Assembly: GCA_018398765.1 (NCBI GenBank)
Contig: JAHBMJ010000048.1
Span: 1-58,648, forward strand
DNA: 58,648 nucleotides
Direction of reading: 5' to 3'
DNA from: Chromera velia
Taxonomy: Eukaryota
The first letter of the stretch is position 1. Each line of letters begins with the position of its first letter. The position numbers and the translations under genes were made by a program. Shown piece by piece: positions 1-16,564 of this stretch. The notes beneath the pieces are model-generated. The model ran no database searches, had not been told where the DNA came from, and saw nothing but the letters and a program-made list of their open reading frames with translations.

Positions 1-36
<36 letters not shown>

Positions 37-60
37 AGTGTGTGTGTTTGTGTGTGTGTT

Positions 61-100
<40 letters not shown>

Positions 101-150
101 TGCGTGTGTGTGTGCGTGCGTGCGTGCGTGTGTGTGTGTGGGTGTGGTTG
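1..150. repeat. (TG)n microsatellite with TGCG variants
   Basis: Near-perfect TG array at the window start; ORF 4..201 is its artefact. Confidence 0.95.
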
Positions 151-574
151 CGTGTGACTCGGACTATACATAATATTGCATTTTCGTATTTTCAAAAATA
201 GATATTACAACTTGAAATACTTTACGTTCAAAGTTCTTAGCATTATGTATAGTCTATTCCTATTATATTATCTTGTCAATCAATGAATCAATCAATCAAT
301 CAATCAATATTATTATTTTTATACGAATAGAATTCCAGTGTATTTGGATCCCATGCAACACAAGAAAAAATTAACATAAATTTTGCTAAAAAATTTGCTA
401 AGAAGTTTCTTCATTACTTGATCGAATTAGTGATTAGTGATTAGTGATTAGTGGTGCCCTAGAGCACTGTCGCCGTTATTCACGGAAACCTAAACTGATA
501 GCGTTAAATTGCCCCTATTATAGTACTAGATGGCGTTAGAGAATCATAATAGAGAGAGTGTTTCGATTACCAAC

Positions 575-1008
575 CAGAGTTGTAAAATGATTGGCTTAAC
601 CATTGGCTTAACTAGCCAAAGGTAATTTTTTGGCTTAGCCAATATTAGTGCTAATTAGTAATAAAAGTGTAAAGTGTATATTTGTTATTGTTTGTTGTTT
701 GTTTTAGTAAGTTTATTCTGTGACATCTGTGTGTATGAGTTAAAAAAAAAATTTAAAAAAATGAGTTTAGAATCTTTAGATGGGGAATTAAGAAAACTTG
801 TGTTACTTCTGGGTACAGGTCTTTACAGAGGCAGGGGGAGAGTCCGGGGGGGGTCATATTTTCCCTTAGAAAACAAGGTTTTTTGTAGATGATTTTTGAT
901 TTAGCATCGTAAGAAACATGTTTAAGTGTTTGGCTAACTTCAGCCAATCAGCGAGCCAAAGGCTCTTTTTTGGCTTAGCTTTAGTGCTAAATCAATTTAA
1001 CATCTCTG
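575..1008. mobile_element. Non-autonomous hAT-like MITE (434 bp)
   Basis: Exact 8-bp TSD TTACCAAC at 567-574 and 1009-1016. Imperfect TIRs CAGAGTTGTAAAATGATT versus reverse complement CAGAGATGTTAAATTGATT. Subterminal TTGGCT/AGCCAA repeats at both ends and an AT-rich interior. Confidence 0.8.
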
Positions 1009-1303
1009 TTACCAACAGCCGCGCTACGAGACACGTAGCCGACAAAATAAAGTATGTCAAAAGATTTGCAAGCACCGAACCAACAATGTTCAGGCGTGCA
1101 TGGAACTGTAGGTCGATTGCATGAGTCTGATTGCGCTCCGATCAACAGATGGGCTGCTGCGCTTTTTCAACCACTCAAGTTTTTGGAAAACAACTGCTTG
1201 CCTGCGTAGAGGCTTGTAAACACTGCAAGCCCCCAAGTCTCCTAGCCTGTCTGTACAAATCACCCCACCAGCCAAATCAGACTGGTATCAGACTGGGCCG
1301 CCC

Positions 1304-1780
1304 TCAGTAGCCCATGTATGTCTCTTCTTGCTGATAGTCCCCTTGGCTGTCAAATTGCTGAGCCCAGTTCGGGTCCTGCCGTCCCTCCTCCGGATACACT
1401 CCGTACCTCGCTCTGTACTCCTCCCGCACGGCGTGATAGCGAGTCTCCGCGTGTGTCTTCAGTTTCTCCATCCATCTGTCTCGAGAGGCCTCATCGGTGC
1501 AAGCAAACTCCCAGTCTGCTCCGTATCCAATTTGGAAGGAAACTTTGAACCCATGCTTTTCGGCTCCTCTCTTGACATCCAGAATGTGTTTCAGGTCGCT
1601 TGCGTACTTTTTTGTCTCTGCAGCTTGCGCTCTTCGGATGGTCAGAGTGTCGCGAGTCAACACAACGTAGCGGTCTTTGAAAGCGGCTGACCACGGCCAA
1701 CGCCGCCGTCTCCTCTTGCCGAGCCATCCTTCCAAAATGGGAGGGTGCCCTATGACAGGTTCCTGCCCCCCTGTTTGCAT
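1304..1780 (-). CDS. Single-exon pleckstrin homology (PH) domain protein, 158 aa
   Basis: ILEGWLGKRR...FKDRYVVLTRDTLT...WEFACTDEASRDRWMEKLK matches the PH pattern (EGWLxK, RYxVL, C-terminal helix Trp). ATG start, clean ORF. Confidence 0.85.
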   Translation of the reverse strand: MQTGGQEPVIGHPPILEGWLGKRRRRRWPWSAAFKDRYVVLTRDTLTIRRAQAAETKKYASDLKHILDVKRGAEKHGFKVSFQIGYGADWEFACTDEASRDRWMEKLKTHAETRYHAVREEYRARYGVYPEEGRQDPNWAQQFDSQGDYQQEETYMGY

Positions 1781-2450
1781 GATGGAGGTCTCTCGAACAA
1801 TTTTTCCGAGCAGGTTTGTGAGCTAATTTCTCGGCGCACACACCCTGAGTCAGCTGAGCCAGCTCGATTGGTCAAGGATACCAGTGTCGGAAAGGGAGAG
1901 ATCTCAAATGCATGAGCTGATCAGAGAGACAAGGCAGGAATCAATGCGATACAGGATGACTTCCCTGTATTACAGCTGTACGAATGTCGAAGGAAAACAG
2001 GAAGATGCAGGGGCGAAGGAATGTGACAAAGAGAAAGAGCAAGGAGAAAGAGAGCCATCCATCCAGAAGATACATGTGCAGCAGTCTCTCAAAGATTTTG
2101 GATACACGTACTAGCACGGTCGATCATCCGACTGAACAATCGGTTTTGTCGTGTGGAAGTCAGGAGCTGCATGCACTCGACTGGCAGATTGTTGAACGCT
2201 GCATGCATGGGTCCGCGGCTGCATATGGGAACACCTTTGCAGAGCCGGGTCGATCATGCATGGCCCCGGAAAGCGAAGCGGGGGGCACTTAGAAAACAGA
2301 AATACCCCAGCCCACGTGCATGCACGCACGCTGTCTTTGGGCAAAAACCCGGCCCCGAAAGGCTGAATGTGCGCCATGCGTGCGTCAGATGGGGCGCTTA
2401 CCCCCGGGCTTTTTTCCCGGGGGGGGGGAGAGTTCCCCGGCTTTTCCCGC

Positions 2451-2533
2451 NNNNNNNNNNNNNNNNNNNNNNNNNNNNNNNNNNNNNNNNNNNNNNNNNN
2501 NNNNNNNNNNNNNNNNNNNNNNNNNNNNNNNNN
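2451..2533. other. Assembly gap (N run)
   Basis: Run of N; flanks are homopolymer-rich. Confidence 0.99.
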
Positions 2534-2949
2534 GGGGGGGGGCGGTCGACTGGCCGGCGTGCGTCAATCGTGCAGTTGTCATTTTTCTTGCTTTCCGGGG
2601 CCGTTCGCAAGCTTGCTTGCGTCAGATGCATGGTCGTTCGAAATGATTTCTGACCCGGGCCCGCCATGCATGGCCCGCCCCGGTCCGACTTGCGCCTCCT
2701 CTGCATGGTGATGCATGGTGTCACGAGGATATGTGCTTTGGACATCAATACGTCTCACCATTCTCGTTTTATGGATGTCATCATCGCTTCCAAACGCCGC
2801 TTATTCAGGGGCCAGCTTCGCTCCAAAGCAGCTCTACACTGTGCTGGTATTCGCAGAGTACGTTGAGTTTTGACAAGTTACTAGCTGCTGGAGAAACGTC
2901 GCTCGATCAGACTGAGACTTCAGGGTCTGCGTGACTTCTCGTCCTCACC

Positions 2950-6378
<3,429 letters not shown>

Positions 6379-6389
6379 CAAGAAGTAAA

Positions 6390-7050
6390 CTTTTGAATTT
6401 ACTGCGTCAATTCATTTAAATTTATGTATAAATTCAGTCACTACCCTAGTCACTACCTATATAGGTCACTATGATTACCATGCTAGGAGCTAGGATTCTA
6501 TCGGATTTTAGGTTAGTAAGATTTAAATTTACAAGATTTTATGGGATTTTTGCTTTAGTTTTAACTAATTTAAACCTAGGTGTAAGCTAGAGTTTTACAC
6601 TAAATTTTATGGGATTTTAGCTACTAGTAGGAAATTACTAGGAATCCAGCGGAATATTAGGCTAGGATTTTAGCTGAAATCTCATAAAATCCATAATTTT
6701 TATAGGTCGATTTCTTGTAAACTATGAGTTAGAAATTGATATTGATGGTGCTAGCTTAAAGTCCTGGTCACTCAACCAATCCAGCACTGCATGGCAGCAT
6801 ACAGAGCATGCTTAAGAGCACACAGTCTAACTAATGGCAATTTAATGCATTCCTAGGATCATTCTCTCTAGCATTTTCTAGGTCATTCTGCATGTCACGG
6901 TGTCCGAGTTGACGGCGAGTCAAGACTACCTTAAGTTGCATTGCTTGACTTTTTGTACATGAAAGTCAGCTGCTGAATTAGATTCACATCCCCCCAATCC
7001 TAGTTTCTCCCACACCACGCCAAAACAGTGAGATTGATTTAACCCCCTTC
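6390..7050. other. AT-rich, TAG/CTA-rich intergenic block, probably decayed transposon DNA
   Basis: Sharp GC drop between two convergent gene ends; repeated GTCACT and GGATTT motifs; no TIR/TSD pair resolved. Confidence 0.4.
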
Positions 7051-7154
7051 CAGCACGCTTTGTACAGGATTGTCTTTTCTAACTAACAGAGCGAGGAAGC
7101 GTGCCGTCCAAGCAACGCATGGACAGACTCAAACTTTTTCTTCCCCCCCCCCCC

Positions 7155-7318
7155 NNNNNNNNNNNNNNNNNNNNNNNNNNNNNNNNNNNNNNNNNNNNNN
7201 NNNNNNNNNNNNNNNNNNNNNNNNNNNNNNNNNNNNNNNNNNNNNNNNNNNNNNNNNNNNNNNNNNNNNNNNNNNNNNNNNNNNNNNNNNNNNNNNNNNN
7301 NNNNNNNNNNNNNNNNNN
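7155..7318. other. Assembly gap (N run)
   Basis: Run of N after a poly-C tract. Confidence 0.99.
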
Positions 7319-7513
7319 CCCTTCTCATACACGAGTGGAATCAATCGATCGATTCCCGTCAGGCCCTCTCGAAACCTCCCTCCCTCCACCCATTCAACCA
7401 AGAACAATAGCGGCCCCGAAAGGTCGATACACGCAGGTGCAAACTTTTGCCGGCCAAAACGGAAAAGCAGAAGGCGCCTTGCTTCCCTTCCCCCCCTTAA
7501 TTTCTCTCTCTTT

Positions 7514-10028
7514 CTAAGACACCCGGACTGTCGACGCTCCCCCCGTCCTTGTCACCTCCTCCTGCTCCCTCAACCTCGCAATGTCCTCAGCAAAATCCTC
7601 TGCGACGTCCATCTCTAATGCACCCAGTCCTCCGTCATCCTCCCCTAGATCTGGCCACCCATCATCCTCCACATTCAACCGACCCTGCTGTTGACTACTC
7701 CCATCTACATCTAGATCACCCAAATGACCCCCTCCACCCCCCCCAACTACCGGGCTGGCCACCTCCAAAAGGTCCTTGCTTTCCAACCCCACAGACCGAA
7801 GCAGCTCCCCCCCAGGTGACGACACACCTGGCGTTGCATCTGCCGTTGGGCGGGGAGGGGCGAGACCTACCATGCTGCCGGGGCCCTTTGGTCCCGCTGC
7901 AGACGTCTCGTCTGCCCTTCTTTGAAAAGGGTCCTGAGAGACCGTCAGGGCGGGGGGCGGGCCCCGGGGCCGATCGGACCGCGATGAAGGCGGGCCTTCT
8001 GACCCTCCTACGAGCTCTACTTCAATCTCGGGAGGTCTGCTTGGTGCCGCATCCGCCCCTGGAGCAGCGGACACAGACGCAGACTCACCCTCTGCTGCAG
8101 GGCCTGAGAGGGACTCACCAGCGGCAATGCCAACTGGTTGAAGAGTCCTGCACACCGCCCGGGGACCCTGTGGTCCCGTCGCCCCCCCCCCCCCCCCCCC
8201 CCCCCCTCTCCCTCCTCCCACCCGATCCCTGCCCCATTCACAGGAGAACCCGGCTGAGGGGCCCAGTTTTGCTCTGCAAAAACACCACTTGGCTGGGAGA
8301 GAGACCGCTCATAGCCTCGATTACGCAGAGGAGGCTGTGCTGCGAAGACTTCAACAGGCGGGTAGGCAGCCTGGAGAGCGGGGACGATTTCTGTGGGGCT
8401 TCTCGGCTCGTCGAATTCGTCCAGCTCTGGGTGTCTGCATGAATGCATTCGGGGACCGACGCACGCAGGCACGGAGTGAGGGAGGAAAGACATGGGGAAG
8501 GGAAATAAAACGCAGTCATGGGGGCAGACAGACCAAAGAAAGTCAACTGGCCAGGCAGATACTTCGACAGACACAGAAAGAAGCAGACACGGGGAACGGG
8601 AACCTTCGAATCATGAAAGAGGGAAACCGAATGGAGAGCTCAGTCGCAGAAAACAAAAGATAGTGAGCAGATGACAGACTGTGTGAAGGGACGTCTCTCT
8701 GCCTTTCTGCATGCCTGTCTGAGGCAGGCTGGATCTGCTGGGCGAACCACTACCTCCTTCGCTCACTCACTGACTCACCCATTCACTGTCTATCTTACTG
8801 ACTGACTAGCTGACTGGCTCACTGACTGACTGACTGCGTGACTGACCGAGGGTCAAAGTACATTTGTCTGGGGAACCGACAGAGGACGGAAGCAAAGTTT
8901 CGTATCAGACCTCTGCACGCACATACGCACACGCACACGCACACGCACAAACATATCAACACACAAAAAGTGGGATGGGGGAAGGAAACCAAGAGAGGCT
9001 AGAGGGGTACATACAACACAGTCGAAAAAAAAAGAGGGGTTGTAGAAGTCAAGAAGAATTCTTTCGCTCTTCTCATGCAACCTCATCGTCAATCTTGCTC
9101 TTTCCTTCTCTTTCTCCGAGGTCTCCGTATGCAGTTGTTTTCCCTCTCATCGTCTCGTCGGTCTGTAGCTATTTCCTTTCCCTCCGGATCCGCAGGATGG
9201 AGTAAGAAAGCTTGGAAGAAAGAGCGGACAACAGATGGGATGGGTCGTTTGCGGGTGCGCTGTGTGTATGTGTGCGTGTGCGTGTAGGCGTGTACTGCCA
9301 TGAATGCAGAGGGTCGTCGCAGAGGGAGTCTGGGCCAGACACACTTCGAAAAGCACGCCTGAAAGGAGGCACAGGACTGGGTGGCTGAATTTTCCTTTCT
9401 CTCGTCCTCCCTTAAGACTCTCCCCTCTCTGGGCAGAGGGGAAGTCTGGTCCGGGCTGTGTGTTTTTCTTTCTGCCTCTCCCTCTCCCTCCCTCTCTTTG
9501 TTCCCGCCTCACCTATGGAAAGGGTTTCCGTCTGCGTAGAGACCCTTCAGGGCTTCGTACGTCGTCTGTTCCGTACCGACGAGGAATGTGTGGTAGGCAC
9601 AGAGACCCCCAACGAACCAAATTGCCTGCAAGAAACGCTCAAACTCATCAAGACGTTACGCCCATCATGAGGATTAAGCAATATTCAAGGGCGAAATGCA
9701 AAACACCCAAATGCGTCGGGAGGACAGGAGAAGACAGAGCAAAAACGAAGGCAGACGGCATTGTGACGAGAAAAGGAGACAACAAGTTGGCAGAAAGAAG
9801 GCAAGAGCCACAGCATGAGGAAGGGACGCAAAGACAAATCGAGACGGCCACACCAAAACAGGCAGACAGGCGAAAAAAAAAAAGCGTAGAGAGAGGGAGG
9901 AGCAAAACCGGATCTACGGATCGATTGAGAGAAGAGAAGAGGAAAGAAAGTCATAGACAGTCAAAGTGAGAAGGGAACGGAAGAAAAAAGGAAGGAAGGA
10001 AGGAAGGAAGGAGGGAAGGAAGGAAGGA

Positions 10029-10063
<35 letters not shown>

Positions 10064-12962
10064 GAAGGAAGAAAGGAAGAAGGGAAGAAGGGAAGAAAGG
10101 AAGAAGGGAAGAAGGGAAGAAGGAAAGAAAGGAAGGAAGGAAGGAAGGAAAGAAAGAAAGAAGGAAAGAAGGACAGAAGGAAAGAAGGAAAGAAGGAAGG
10201 AAAGGAAGAAAGAAAGAAAGACAGACGGAATGAATGAATGAAAGCAGATGGGAGAGACCGACCAGAAAGACGTAGGCAGCGAGAAGTGGAGCGTCTGCGT
10301 TGCTCCCAAACAACTTTAACGCCGCGTTTTCCCCCTGTCAGTTGAAACAAACAAACAAACCCGCAAAAAGAATTCAGGGAGAAAATGCGTTCGAACGCCC
10401 ACATGTTTGGTTACAGTGGATGAAAAGGACACATTTCAACCATGTGCAAGCAAGCGGTAATTCAGCAGAATCGCAAGGAAGAAAAAACCAAAGGAGCAAT
10501 CACCAGAGCAGGAGCAGGAAACCGAACGCACCCGCCGACACTTGTTGGGCGCGAGAAGACACACAACAAAGAAACGAAAAGGGGAGCTGTCACCCACCCA
10601 CCCGAACACAAACAGACAGACACAAAGAGAGGATGGGGGAGGATGGGGGAGAGGTAGAGATCTTTTCTTCTCGACTGACTTCATCATTTGCCTGCTGCAC
10701 GACCACTGCCATTTTGTGGCAAGAAATTCCCTGCGGCTCAACTCACAAGCAGCGACGCAAACAAACAGGTGGAGACAGAAGCAGAATGGAGGGAGGAAGG
10801 CCCTGGCCTCTTCTCTCTTTTTCATCCGTCGCCAAAAGTAAAAAATAGAAATCAACAGTGCGCTCTCAGTGCAATGAACAGGCACTCCAACCGATTTTCG
10901 TATTTCTCTTCCTTCACAGACCAATCCAATGGCGGAAAAGCCCTTGAGGGCGCAGGCAGGCATTTCGGGGAGAGCCCAGAAAAAACAGACAAAAACAAAT
11001 GGCGCCACGAAACCAATAAAAAAAGGAAACAATGCGGCTGAGGGAGAAACAGGGCCAGAATCTGACAGGCGACAAGGAAAAAAGGGGATGTGGGGGGAAT
11101 GCGAAAGAGCGAAACGGAATAGGATGAGAGACCGAGAGAAGGACCGCGTGCGTATGTGAGTGAGTGAGATAAAGAAAGAATGGGAAAGGAAGACGGAGAC
11201 AGAGACGGAGGGCTGGAAAAACACCCAGGGGACACAGATCGAAAAAGAGCGACTTGCAACTTGCAACGCGGAGCCAAAATGAGATTGAGTGAGTTTATAG
11301 GTTCGCTCCGCCTCAGCGCAAGAAGAACAAAAAAGGATGAAGAAAAACACACATCATCATTCAACCAAGTCTCGTTCGTCTCCTTACCAGCACATAGAGG
11401 CAGAGGACCGATGTGGAGAAGATGAACATGTAGAAGCTCCGATAATTGCGCCTCCCCACACAGTTGCCAACCCACGGGCAGTGGTGGTCGAATCTCTCCA
11501 CGCAGTTGTCACAAACAGCGCAGTGCACACAGCGAGGAGGCCTATAGATGTTGCCTGCAGGAATTCAGACACCACATATGCAGAGGTGGAGAGGAAGGCA
11601 CAGCGCGGCGAGGGAAGAAAACTGCAGATCACTGTCTCCATCTCTCTCTCAAGAACGAATGAATGAATTCGATCATAGGCATGTCAAAAGAAAGGCCGCT
11701 TCCTTCCGTGATTTCAGCCTATATGCTATCTGGGGAAGAGAGCTAGGATTATTTTGTTTATTGTTGCAAGGTGTCCATTCTGCCAGAACGAGACGCTGAA
11801 GAAGAAAAGGCCTTTCCGTGTCAGGAGATGGGCGAGAAGTGAGGCTGCCTGCTTGGCTGGCTATTGCAATACAGATGCGCTCGTTGCGTTCCTGCGGGTC
11901 TCCCCCAAGTTCGTTTCATCATATGGATGGATTGCCTGACGGACGGACTGACTGACAGGTTGAGCAGAATTTGAGTCTGACGACCCTCCCGTTGATTTGA
12001 GCGTCCTGCCATCGAGGGGGGGAGCGGTCGCGCCACTGCACGCATAATCAAACAGACAGACAGACAGAGAGACAGAGAGGACCGAAGAGGGAGAGGAGGG
12101 GGAGCGTCAGAGAAAAGGGGTATCAGAAGGGGGGGAAGGCAGATGAGAACGTGGAAAGGGTAGCTCGGTAGGTGGGAAGGAAGAAGAGAAGGGTGGCAGG
12201 GAGGAAAACTGGCAGAGAGGGAGGCATCGAAGGAGGGATGAGCATTCAACTACGAGAGGCGGGGCCATCTTATCAGAAGAGGAACCAGGTGGTACAAAAG
12301 GATGGCGATCAATTGGAGCGAGTTGGTCTTCCTTTCTTTCTTTCTTCCTGCCACTATTCTCTCCTTACATACCTGCTGTGTGATGGCATCGTATGAGTTC
12401 TTGGGGTCCTTCTGCCTCTTCATGATGCCGGGGTCGGACAAGGCGGTTGAGGCGAAGGAGACGTAAGCAGTCAGCATCAGGAGGGCCCCAAAAATCACCA
12501 CCAGAGAGCCCACTGCACCGTACTTTTCGATGTACCACTGCATGGAAAGGCGAAAGATAGGGCCTTCAAACGCAGATTTTCAGACGAGGGTCAGACGGTT
12601 CGCTGAGTGCAGGAAGAAAGGGAAGGGAAGTGAAAGAAAAAGAAGGGCCGAGAGGGGGGGGGCGGGGGGGAACTGACTGGAGAAACGAATGCATGGAAGA
12701 CCACACAGGGCAACGTCAGGAGACCAATCGAAAGAAGAGGGTTCCACAGTTCCGGCCTGCAGACACGTACAGAAAACCGCACAGGGGGCAGAATCACTGA
12801 GAAAACGAAGCTTCGAAACAACTTGTGCACGGTGTCAGAAGAAAATGGATCTACGTCCCGGACAGCAAGTTATCAAGTCGCTCACCCGGTAAGGCAGATA
12901 CCGCAGATCACCCGGTTCTTTCCGATCACCTCCACGTCAGGCCCTCCCTCAATGTCTCTCAT
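7514..12962 (-). CDS. DHHC protein S-acyltransferase (Erf2/ZDHHC9-14-18-like). Exons 12886..12962, 12678..12756, 12373..12537, 11957..12035, 11388..11554, 10680..10730, 10263..10334, 9513..9625, 8847..8912, last exon from 8434 down
   Basis: Spliced translation contains [56 protein letters not shown] and NPFHRGLIRNF. All introns are GT-AG in phase. The C-terminal stop is ambiguous (8017 or 7514) because of a 25-nt C run at 8182..8206. Confidence 0.93.
9983..10230. repeat. (GAAG)/(GAAA) microsatellite, intronic in the DHHC gene
   Basis: Purine tetranucleotide array, pyrimidine-rich on the sense strand of the gene. Confidence 0.9.
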
Positions 12963-13567
12963 CTTGCTTCACGCCTCTTCTCTCGGTTTCATACTGTTGT
13001 TAATCGTATATATAGGCAGGAAGGGCAAGCCAGAAGGCATTCCGTAAAGACGACTTAGAGTCCTGGAGTTATACACTGTGCTGTAGCGATACCATCCGAG
13101 GGACACGGCATGCTCAGGGCGAGACTATGTTGGTGAGACTTCACCCAGAGAAATGCCAGAGGATCTCAGTGGATCAGTCTGATGCAAACCGCATGCATGC
13201 TTAACGCGAACTGACGCACGCATTGAAGTGCGGATAAATTATTATAAGAGCCCAATATTCTGCTTTCCGGGAAACTTTCAAGCGTGAATCATGCATGCAT
13301 GCATGATGCGACTCATGCGAGTGCCCCGCAAAAGCGAAATTACTTTTCTGAGTCGACGACCATGCACATGCATGCATGTGCAACTAATTGAGTTGCGCAG
13401 TGCGAAGCGACCTTCAACTTTCTTACTAAGCTAAGGCTTCAAGGAGCCACGGCTTCGAGGCAGTGATCTAAAAGCGCAGAAGACGACTCACAAGCTCGCT
13501 CGACATCAACGGATCTCAGACCCCCTGGCTGGCTTCAAACTTGACTCCAGAACCAATCAACGCGGCC
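12963..13567. promoter_or_regulatory. Putative bidirectional promoter with clustered TGCATG(CA) motifs
   Basis: 605 bp between divergent ATGs; GCATGC arrays at about 13191-13200, 13288-13305 and 13361-13382. Confidence 0.5.
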
Positions 13568-15386
13568 ATGGCGTCTGTCATGGAGGGTCCCCCCCCTCTG
13601 ACTCGTCCCTCACCGCCGAAGGGGTGCAGTCCGGAAGATCCCAGAGGAGAGGGCCCGAAGACACCTCGACCCGCCTCCGCAGCGACGTCCTTCAGGTCCA
13701 GGTGCAGCTCCCGACCTGAGCAGAACCAAGAGGGACTGTTGGAGATGCACCTGGAGCACATTGCCCAGGTAGGTCAGGCAACTTGCATCCATGCATGCAC
13801 GATTGATGCAATCCCGCGCTCCTGTGCTCTCTTTGTCCCTGTCTACCTTATTGAACTATTCCTACTGAGTCCACAAGCCCTGTCTAGTGCAACATGCATG
13901 TAAGGCAGCTTGCAAATTGCGTGTATGTCCACGAGTCCACGGTGCACCTTGCATGCATGCAGGCATGTATGTGCGATCAGTTCATCTGCAGTCCCGACCT
14001 CTTGCATTCTCTGAATACCTTCATTTAGATTCATTGTTTGTACTCTTGCTACCTCCCTGACGTCCCCTGTGCATGCGTGCGGATTGTCAGATGCAATGGT
14101 TAGTGGATAATCATTACCTGTTTACTCGCATCCTTGCATGCACTTTTGCAGATGCTGTCCTTTTTGGATTATCCCGAGATCGTGAAGGAAGTCCCGAAGG
14201 TCTGTCGGCTCTTCCACACCGCAGCAGAACACGACCTTCTATGGGACAGCGTCATCTCGATTCGACTTCCCAGGGCGTACACGGACATTCTGAGACAGAG
14301 AGAGGAGAGAATGGAACAGAAAAAGTCCAAACAAATCAAAAGATTCCAGTCCGCCAACGCATTTTATGACCACACCTCCGTCACCAGGCCCGCAATTGTC
14401 TTAAGTGAATCTAAATCTGTGCCACGGGAGAGAGAAGTCTCTGAGCCTCTTCCAGCCAAACCATCAACTCAAAACCCGAACCCAGCAGCACCTTCAGATA
14501 CCGCGAGCACAGCTGTGTCCCCCACACGGAAGCAGCTCGACAATTCCCCCATAAGCCCCCCGAACCAGCAAAATTCAAACGAGAGCACAGCGCCCAACGG
14601 AATACCCCACTCCAAATCCGAAGCGAAGTGTGTGACGTTTCGCTGCGCTTCCTCCCGAATAACCGCTTCCTCTCTGATGTTCTCCAACGACTCGCAAGCA
14701 AATGAGTCGCTCGAGACTCCCACTTCCCCCTTGAACTCCAAAAACGACACGCAGCTGCCTCTGCCTCAGGGGGGAGGGCGTGCGTCAGTCGTGCAAAGAT
14801 CCGGCCAGGCCAACAAGCTGAAGGCCACCCGTACACACGGCTTCCTCAGCACAGAGCAGGGCCTCTCCCGATCACCCAGTATTTCCAATCCTAGGGACAA
14901 AGACAGAGACAGAGAGGGGTTAGAGCTTTCACAGGAGTTGGTCCAATGGAGCGGGTCCGGAGGTTTCGATGACTTTCTTGCAAGTGCGGATGCCGTCTCT
15001 GAGAGGGCACGGGAGGATGTGAAGTGGTATAGGGGGATGTCCCGATTCAGGGAGACCACAGAGCACCCCCCTTTTAAGTGGGAATACCTGAGGTATAAAA
15101 TGGGAAAACTGGAGGTCGGTACGCCCTCTCTCTCTCTCTTTCTTCACACACTCGTAACCTTGTCTGTCAGCCCCCAACCCCTGTCTGCCCTCTGGCTGCC
15201 TGTCTATCTTTCTGTCTGTCTTTCTGCCCGTTTGTCAGTTTCTCTGTGTATGATTTTCATCATTTTCGCTTCACCCGTGTGTTGGCATGACCGTTTGTCA
15301 ATCTCCCTGAAGACTGGGTATTCGTATGCACAAACGCTTCTGCGTCTCTGCACGACTTGCTTCAGGGACCCTCTCTGGCTGTGCGA

Positions 15387-15426
<40 letters not shown>

Positions 15427-16564
15427 CCTTTCCTGTCTCGCCAATCACTTCATATTCTTTGCTTCTTGATAACTTCCTGCATGGGACCTTTTCTCCTCTT
15501 TTGTGTGTCAAGGCTCATGAACTCTTTGATTTCTTTTCACCTTTCTGTGTGCACTGTGTCCAACTGCTGTCTCCCTGTCTGTCTGTCTATCTGTCTGTGT
15601 CCCTGTCTGCAGAATGCATTGACTTTGCAAACGCACATCGTGGAATTGAACGAGTGGCAGCTCCAAGAGAGAGAGGCCGCCCTCTCGAAGCCCCCCCTGG
15701 TGGAAGCAGAGGAGGGGGTGCGGAAGCAGCACGAGAAGGAGATAGGAGAACTCAGGGACAGACTCACCAACTCACGGGACCTCTGTGACAAGCTTCGGGA
15801 GGCAACAACGGAAATAGACTGGGCGATGAGGGGCATCCGAAGACGACACAGGTGGTGATCAAAGAAAACAAAACAAAACAGAAAGAAAATGCGGAGAGAT
15901 TTTTGAAGTGGACAGGAAGCAGAAAGGAGACGAAGAGTGATACGATGACGAAAGTGAGTAGGGAAAGGAAGGGAAAGGGGGGGAGGAAGGGGAAAAAGAA
16001 AGGGAAGACAAGTAAACGACCGGCACGTACAGGTGCCCCCTGCCATTGTAAATGCATGATGCAAAGCTGACAGGCATGAGACAAAGCTGACAGGCAGGCA
16101 CGGAGCCTCTGGGCATGCATAGACCTGTCTTGTGTTGATTGGTTGAGTTGTTTCTTTTCCTTTCTTTTCGATTTGAAAGAAAATGAACTTGGAAAGGTCA
16201 GTGACACGCCAGGTACGTAAAGGGGAAAAGGGATGGGGGAAGCGGGCAGGGATTGTTATCAAAAAGGACTGTATGAGATACTGATGGCATGAAAAAAGTT
16301 CACAGCCCGATTTGCGGGCCTTTTTCTGCCCTTGCCTGTTTTCGTTCTGACCTTCACCGAGAGGGGCCTGAGTCCCTCTCTTTATCATCTATTTTCTTCA
16401 TTCCACCTTTCTTTTTCTTCTTTGGTCACCCTCTTTTTTCGCGACATCCAACCAGAAAGTTTTTCTGGTCGCTCATCCCCTCATGCCGACCTCTACTCAC
16501 ATCATCTGTTTTCTTCCAGTCTGAATACGAACATTTGTCGCGGTACTGCATGCGCCTTCTATGA
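13568..16564 (+). CDS. F-box protein with C-terminal coiled coil. Exons 13568..13768, 14152..15114, 15613..~15851; last exon(s) uncertain
   Basis: Splicing joins LLEMHLEHIAQ to MLSFLDYPEIVKEVPKVCRLFHTAAEHDLLW, an F-box pattern. Exon 3 is heptad-like. The 3' end at 16564 is tentative. Confidence 0.75.

Noticed and set aside
2330..2560. GC-rich quasi-palindromes around the first gap
   Set aside because: Homopolymer-laden gap flanks, likely low-quality sequence.
7549..8442. 297-aa Pro-rich plus-strand ORF
   Set aside because: Antisense shadow of the GC-rich last DHHC exon.
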